Source: Fervidobacterium sp. (lineage in GTDB: Bacteria > Thermotogota > Thermotogae > Thermotogales > Fervidobacteriaceae). From it: a DNA stretch of 64,000 nt. Shown here piece after piece: positions 58,721 through 64,000 of the stretch. Below the pieces are notes generated by a model. The model had not been told where the DNA came from and made no database searches. It saw only the letters and a list, made by a program, of their open reading frames with translations. The DNA lies in NCBI GenBank assembly GCA_049970055.1, contig JBMFNR010000002.1, positions 340,406 to 404,405 on the forward strand, in the 5' to 3' direction. Position 1 is the stretch's first letter, and each line of letters starts with the position of its first letter. The position numbers were made by a program, and so were the translations under genes.

Positions 58721-59221
58721 TTATTCAGGTAAACTTTCCCAGATTTTTTCAACATATTCAGATTGTTTCCTGAACATTTCCTGTGCATTTTGCGAGTTGT
58801 ACTCGTGATCGTATCCTGCCATATGTAATATAGAATGAACAAGTACAGTGAGCAGCTCTTTTTCGAATGGATTTTCAAAAGCTTCACTATTTTCTTTTAT
58901 TTTTTCCAAACAAAGGTAACCTTCTGAATAGATAGTTAAGTTTTCTTTTGCTTGATTTAACTCATCTAACCCTTCTGCCATATCTGATGTAGATTGTTCA
59001 AATTCTGTAAATTCTTCATCTCCGTAAACAAACGTTAGAACGTCCGTTGGACCTTCTTTCTTTCGGAAACGCATGTTCATTTCGGACATCAGTTGTGGGT
59101 CTATAAAAACAAAAGAGATGTCCACATTTCCTATTTCTTTTTCTACAATAATTTCAAGTTTATCCTTTATTCTCTCCAGGAACTTTTCCACACTAGATGG
59201 AACTTCGTTGAAGTATATCAT
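58721..59221 (-). CDS. ybeY: rRNA maturation endoribonuclease YbeY
   Basis: PTDVLTF, HSILHMAGYDH. Confidence 0.95.
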   Translation of the reverse strand: MIYFNEVPSSVEKFLERIKDKLEIIVEKEIGNVDISFVFIDPQLMSEMNMRFRKKEGPTDVLTFVYGDEEFTEFEQSTSDMAEGLDELNQAKENLTIYSEGYLCLEKIKENSEAFENPFEKELLTVLVHSILHMAGYDHEYNSQNAQEMFRKQSEYVEKIWESLPE

Positions 59222-59251
59222 TCTCTCACCTCTTATGGTTATCCTGTATGT

Positions 59252-60634
59252 TTACCCCGTTGTTTCTATTTCTTCGCTTATCGACGGATACTCAATTCTA
59301 TGTTTTGATAGGTTTTCAAATACCGTTGTGAAGCTTTCGACAATTATCCTTAGTTCGTTAACTGTTAAACCAGTATCGTCAAGCTGACCTTCCTCGAATA
59401 ACTCTACAACAATCTTTTCGATAGTGCTTTTCATTTGGCTTAAATCGAACCTATCAGCGCTTTTCGATATAGCTTCTACCACATCCGCGAGCATAATTAT
59501 TCCAAGTTCCTTAGTTTTTGGCTTTGGACCTTTGTAATGGAATTCTTCTATATTAGCATTACCATATACTTGCAAAGCTTTTGCGTAAAAATATTTTTGA
59601 ATTCTTGTACCATGGTGTTGTGGAATTGCCATTTCGATCTGTATTGGTAATCTGTATTTTCTGGCAATTTCAATCCCATCTTCAATATGCTTCATTATTA
59701 TTTTCGAACTCACTTCTGGTGGTAGAGAATTATGCGGGTTATCCTCCAAGCTTTTCAGATTTTCCACGAAATAATCCGGATTTCTCATCTTTCCGATGTC
59801 ATGATAGTAAGCGCAAGCCCTTACAAGCACCGTATTTGCCCCTATATCCTCTGCCGCTCTTTCTGAAAGTTCAGCAACTCTCATACTGTGGTAATACGTA
59901 CCAGGAGCGTGAACAGAGAGGAGTTTTAACAATTGATGATTTATAGTTGAAATTTCTGATAGCCCGATGTTTGAATATATCCTTGTGGAGACTTCTATGT
60001 AAGGGAGTATCCCAAGCACAACTACGGATGAAATAATGGGATTAAGAAAGACAATTATGTAGTCTTTTGTCGAAAAATAAAAATGTCTTACAGGTTCTTG
60101 CAGGAGAATCATAACTATACTTGCTATACTCGAAAATAACCCAGCTTTTGTAACTTGTATTCTGCTTTTCGTGTTTTTCAGCATATACGTTACGATAAAA
60201 ACTTGAGGAAAAAAGTGGAGAAACATAAAGAAATCGTGGTGGTGAAAAGCTGTGGAGAGAGAAAGGATGAGGCCCGCACTTGCGCCAAATTCGTAATCGA
60301 TAAGGAGTGTTATAAGCATGGGAACAGCAACTATGGGTATGAAAGTTATCCCATAAGTTTTGTAAATGACTGTGTTCAAAATTCCACCGATGAGAAAAAC
60401 GCTATAAAAGAAAATTCTATATCTGATATCAGTATTTAGTATGTTTGAGTTTCTTATGAAATGCTCTACTATGCCATACCATATGACTAATATTAGGATA
60501 AATTCGTTTGCAAGCCCGAGCAAACTCAAATCATATATGTTATTTGCTACACTTATAATTAACGCCAAGATTATTCCATCGTAAATAAAAGCCTCATTTT
60601 TTAGCATATCTTGATCTGAGGTTTTTCTTTGCAT
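59252..60634 (-). CDS. 7TM-HD (HDIG) phosphohydrolase, PgpH/YqfF-like
   Basis: 7TM region, APGTYYHS, YYHDIGK, YFVEN, QHHGT, MLADVVEA; between phoH and ybeY. Confidence 0.92.
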   Translation of the reverse strand: MQRKTSDQDMLKNEAFIYDGIILALIISVANNIYDLSLLGLANEFILILVIWYGIVEHFIRNSNILNTDIRYRIFFYSVFLIGGILNTVIYKTYGITFIPIVAVPMLITLLIDYEFGASAGLILSLSTAFHHHDFFMFLHFFPQVFIVTYMLKNTKSRIQVTKAGLFSSIASIVMILLQEPVRHFYFSTKDYIIVFLNPIISSVVVLGILPYIEVSTRIYSNIGLSEISTINHQLLKLLSVHAPGTYYHSMRVAELSERAAEDIGANTVLVRACAYYHDIGKMRNPDYFVENLKSLEDNPHNSLPPEVSSKIIMKHIEDGIEIARKYRLPIQIEMAIPQHHGTRIQKYFYAKALQVYGNANIEEFHYKGPKPKTKELGIIMLADVVEAISKSADRFDLSQMKSTIEKIVVELFEEGQLDDTGLTVNELRIIVESFTTVFENLSKHRIEYPSISEEIETTG

Positions 60635-60636
60635 TT

Positions 60637-61587
60637 CTATCTCCTCTTCTCAGATTTTTCTTTCTTCTCGAAATTATCGTACGCACGAATTATCTTTTTT
60701 ACAAGATGATGCCTAACCACATCAGCATCGGTCAGGTATACAAACGTTATACCGTCTATATCTTTCAAGATCTCCTGCGCAAGAACTAAACCTGATCTTT
60801 CCTCTATGTCAATTTGTGTTATATCGCCCGTAACGATTACTTTTGAACCAAATCCCATACGTGTCAAGAACATTTTCATTTGTTCGTACGTTGTGTTTTG
60901 TGCCTCATCTAGTATTATAAATGCGTTATTCAAAGTGCGTCCTCTCATGTACGCAAGAGGTGCAATTTCTATGATATTCTTTTCACGCAAGGAAATAAAC
61001 TTTTCTATTCCTATCATATCAATAAGTGCGTCGTAAAGCGGGCGAAGGTATGGATCAACTTTTTCAGTCAGGTCGCCTGGTAAAAAACCTAACTTTTCAC
61101 CAGCTTCAACAGCCGGACGTGTCAATACTATTCTCTGTACCCTGCCGGACTTTAAGTAATCTACTGCAACAGCGGACGCAAGATAAGTTTTACCGGTTCC
61201 CGCTGGTCCAATAGCAAAAACAATATCATTTTTTTCTATAGCTTCTAAGTATTTTCGTTGACCTTCCGTTTTTGCTTTTACTTTCCCAACAGATTTCTTG
61301 TAAACTTCCTCAGGACTTTCTATCTTTTCGTTTTCTTCAACAATGTACTCAAATTCTGTCCAGTCGAGTAAGTGCCCATCTCTTGTTATGTTTATTATCT
61401 CTTTCAATATCTTTTCAACAATTTCTACGGATCTTTGGTCTTCTCCACGAACACGTATTTCATCGTCTACAACACTAATTTCAACGTTAAACCTTCTTTT
61501 CAAATAACGTGCTTTGTTATCGTACTGCCCGAGGACTTCAACTAAAGCAACATCAGACGGCACCGTAATCCTCTTTAAATTCACCAA
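60637..61587 (-). CDS. phoH: PhoH family protein
   Basis: [37 protein letters not shown]. Confidence 0.96.
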   Translation of the reverse strand: MVNLKRITVPSDVALVEVLGQYDNKARYLKRRFNVEISVVDDEIRVRGEDQRSVEIVEKILKEIINITRDGHLLDWTEFEYIVEENEKIESPEEVYKKSVGKVKAKTEGQRKYLEAIEKNDIVFAIGPAGTGKTYLASAVAVDYLKSGRVQRIVLTRPAVEAGEKLGFLPGDLTEKVDPYLRPLYDALIDMIGIEKFISLREKNIIEIAPLAYMRGRTLNNAFIILDEAQNTTYEQMKMFLTRMGFGSKVIVTGDITQIDIEERSGLVLAQEILKDIDGITFVYLTDADVVRHHLVKKIIRAYDNFEKKEKSEKRR

Positions 61588-61805
61588 ATCACCTCATTGA
61601 TATGTTGTATATTTGCATTTTGTTATGTGTATTGTTTTTTTACCACCGCGCGGGTATAATATGTAGCAGAGATACGCGAAATTACCTTTTCTATACTGCT
61701 TACTCTATTAAAAGTATTATATCATATCGAACATTAATATTCAACGAAATAACATTTGTACGGAATATTAAATTATCAAGTAAAAAGTTAGGAGGAGTGA
61801 TTACA

Positions 61806-62450
61806 TTGGCAATTGTATCGGCATCTATATTAGCTGCGGATCTTTCAGAATTAAAAAAAGAAGTTGAAAGGGTCAAGCCATACATAGACGAAATACACCT
61901 TGATGTTATGGACGGGCATTTCGTTCCAAACTTAACATTTGGGTATCCAATGATTGAAGCACTGAAAAAGTTTACAGATCTTCTCATCGATGCTCACCTT
62001 ATGGTTACGAACCCAGATGCACACATAAAGGCATTCATAGAAAAAGGTGCCAGCCGTGTTACCATTCACCAAGAAACTTGTTACCATTTGCATAGAAGTC
62101 TACAACTGGTAAAGTCAATGGGCGTTGAAGCGTTTGTTGCAATAAATCCGGGGACTTCTCTGAGCACCCTCGATGAGGTTTTACCTTACGTCGATGGCGT
62201 GCTCATAATGACAGTTAATCCAGGCTTTTCGGGGCAAGAGTTCATTCCAACAATGTTTGACAAAATAAAAAAACTGGTAAAAGTGAAGGAAGAAAACGGA
62301 TTTACATTTAAAATAGCTGTAGATGGCGGCGTGGGAAATACCAACGCACTTCGGTTGAAGCAAATAGGTGTTGATATACTTGTTATGGGTTATGGTGTTT
62401 TCAGAAATAATCATTTAAAAGAACTTTATACCTCACTTAAGAACTCTTAA
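61806..62450 (+). CDS. rpe: Ribulose-phosphate 3-epimerase
   Basis: SILAAD, HLDVMDGHFVPNLTFG, DAHLMV, MTVNPGFSGQ, VDGG; TTG start after GGAGG. Confidence 0.97.
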   Translation: MAIVSASILAADLSELKKEVERVKPYIDEIHLDVMDGHFVPNLTFGYPMIEALKKFTDLLIDAHLMVTNPDAHIKAFIEKGASRVTIHQETCYHLHRSLQLVKSMGVEAFVAINPGTSLSTLDEVLPYVDGVLIMTVNPGFSGQEFIPTMFDKIKKLVKVKEENGFTFKIAVDGGVGNTNALRLKQIGVDILVMGYGVFRNNHLKELYTSLKNS

Positions 62451-62482
62451 TCTGGAATGTTCACACCTTATGGAGGTGTTGA

Positions 62483-64000
62483 ATTATCGGAAATAAAAAG
62501 GCAATTTGTTTTGTTTCACCTTATTCCTTTGAAGGATCTGTAATAAAATTCGATCAAATCTTCCAGTGGGCGGTTGAAAATAGACTTGAAGCTGTGATTT
62601 TATCAGACAAGACGCTGCATGGTGTTATAAAATTTCTCAATATTAGTGGGAGGTATAATGTAACTCCCGTTATTGGATTCAGAGTAGGAGAAAAAACATA
62701 TATTTTTCAAAATACACAAGAGTTTCTGAAATTTACCCGGATGTACAACGAAGGTGAGTTAAATCAGAAAGAGTTAGATAAAAGTTTCTCTTTTGTAACA
62801 CATCCTCCCATATATTATCTACCATGGCAAGAAGATGCAAGCAAAGTATTCAGCAGGTACTTGGAAAAGGAAGAAATTACTCAACCTAGTGTAAACCAAT
62901 GTATATTTGAAATCGATATTGAAACAGATTACGACCTGAAAGTATATCAAAAATTACCAAAAGCACCTGATGGTTTTCTTGAAAAAGTGTTGGAAGAGGA
63001 AAAAGCACATAAAGAGATACTCGAAAAGGAAATAAAAGTTGTTAAAAAATTCAAGTTTGAGGATTATTTCTATACGATTAAAACAATTGTAGACCTTGCT
63101 AGAAAAAACAACATAGAGATTGGACCCGGAAGAGGAAGTGTAGTTGGTAGTTTACTTGCTTACAGATTAGGGATAACGAAGATAAATCCGATCGAATTCA
63201 GCTTACTTTTCGAAAGATTTCTCAACGAGGGAAGGCAAGATTATCCAGATATCGATTTGGATATAGAAGATGAAAAAAGGCTGGAACTAATGAAAATAAT
63301 ACGAGAACACTTTGGATATCTTTATACTATCTCCACGTTTGTTTCAATTCCGAGAAAGTTTTTGGAGAGCCTTCCAAAAAACATATTTGATGAACTATAT
63401 GATCTACCTATCCAACGTTCTGTTCATGCATCCGGTGTGATAATATCCACAAATGATTTAAATGTACCAATTGTCAAAGGAACCGATACAATCGAGTGGG
63501 ATATGAACGATCTCCAGAGCCTCGGATACGTGAAATTTGATCTTTTGGGGTTGAAGACACTTAGCATATACAAGCAATTAAGAAATATGCCATTGCAGAT
63601 AAGTGAAGAGGGAAGCAAAAAAACTTATAAGTACTTATCTGTGGGATTTACAGACAACGTTTTTCAACTCGAAAGTGACATTGGTAAATCTGTTGTTAGA
63701 GATGTTAAACCTACGAATATACAAGAACTTGCAATAGTTATTTCTTTGAATAGGCCGGGACCTCTCAGATCTGGTGTGGTAAGTGAGGTAAGGAAACTGA
63801 AAAACTCGGGTAGAATGAGGTACACTATAGAATTGCTTAAGGAGACCTATGGGTTACCAATCTATCAAGAACAAATTATGCAGATCGCAATACAGTTAGC
63901 AGGTTTTGATAGTGTGAAGGCTGACGCACTAAGAAAGGCTATAGCTAAAAAAGATTCAGGCATTATGAAACAGCTTTTCGAGGATTTAAAGAATGAGCTT
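62483..64000 (+). CDS. dnaE: DNA polymerase III alpha subunit (DnaE), 3' end outside the window, probable ATT start
   Basis: Not in ORF track. Manual translation shows GPGRGSVVGSL, LLFERFLNEGR, YPDIDLD, HASG, KFDLLGL, FQLES, LNRPGP, YQEQIM. Confidence 0.95.
   Translation, partial: MIGNKKAICFVSPYSFEGSVIKFDQIFQWAVENRLEAVILSDKTLHGVIKFLNISGRYNVTPVIGFRVGEKTYIFQNTQEFLKFTRMYNEGELNQKELDKSFSFVTHPPIYYLPWQEDASKVFSRYLEKEEITQPSVNQCIFEIDIETDYDLKVYQKLPKAPDGFLEKVLEEEKAHKEILEKEIKVVKKFKFEDYFYTIKTIVDLARKNNIEIGPGRGSVVGSLLAYRLGITKINPIEFSLLFERFLNEGRQDYPDIDLDIEDEKRLELMKIIREHFGYLYTISTFVSIPRKFLESLPKNIFDELYDLPIQRSVHASGVIISTNDLNVPIVKGTDTIEWDMNDLQSLGYVKFDLLGLKTLSIYKQLRNMPLQISEEGSKKTYKYLSVGFTDNVFQLESDIGKSVVRDVKPTNIQELAIVISLNRPGPLRSGVVSEVRKLKNSGRMRYTIELLKETYGLPIYQEQIMQIAIQLAGFDSVKADALRKAIAKKDSGIMKQLFEDLKNEL

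Noticed and set aside
62457..62543. Programmed frameshift from a short upstream ORF into dnaE
   Set aside because: No canonical slippery heptamer, and the upstream ATGs lack an SD; ATT initiation is simpler

Overview
64 kb of AT-rich, gene-dense bacterial chromosome. Gene content and protein features point to a thermophilic Thermotogota, most likely Fervidobacteriaceae (inference): TtuA, RecG with an N-terminal extension, long TrmB, compact DnaE, SpoVS/CsaB, tRNA-Arg(UCG). Most of the window is core housekeeping: a sugar ABC operon, eight tRNAs in two clusters, rpmH-rnpA-yidD-yidC-jag, an ArsR/permease/thioredoxin module, a long minus-strand run (ychF, truB, pheS, topA, alr, rpmB, pyk, gcvH, recG, rlmB, mazG, gpsA, trmB, nnr), htrA, ttuA, rodA, a PAS-GGDEF protein, cdd, recN, phoH-HD-ybeY, rpe and the 5' part of dnaE. 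I saw no CRISPR array, transposase, integrase or prophage. The best candidate for an undescribed system is a five-gene redox operon at 51.9-56.8 kb. It pairs a bifurcating-type HydC/HydD/HydB module with a non-bifurcating-type NuoE/NuoF module and has no catalytic HydA/NuoG gene. Also notable: dnaE has no canonical start codon (probable ATT start), a RodZ-like protein lacks its HTH, a membrane-anchored long coiled-coil/TPR protein is present, and there are several operator-like palindromes and short tandem duplications.
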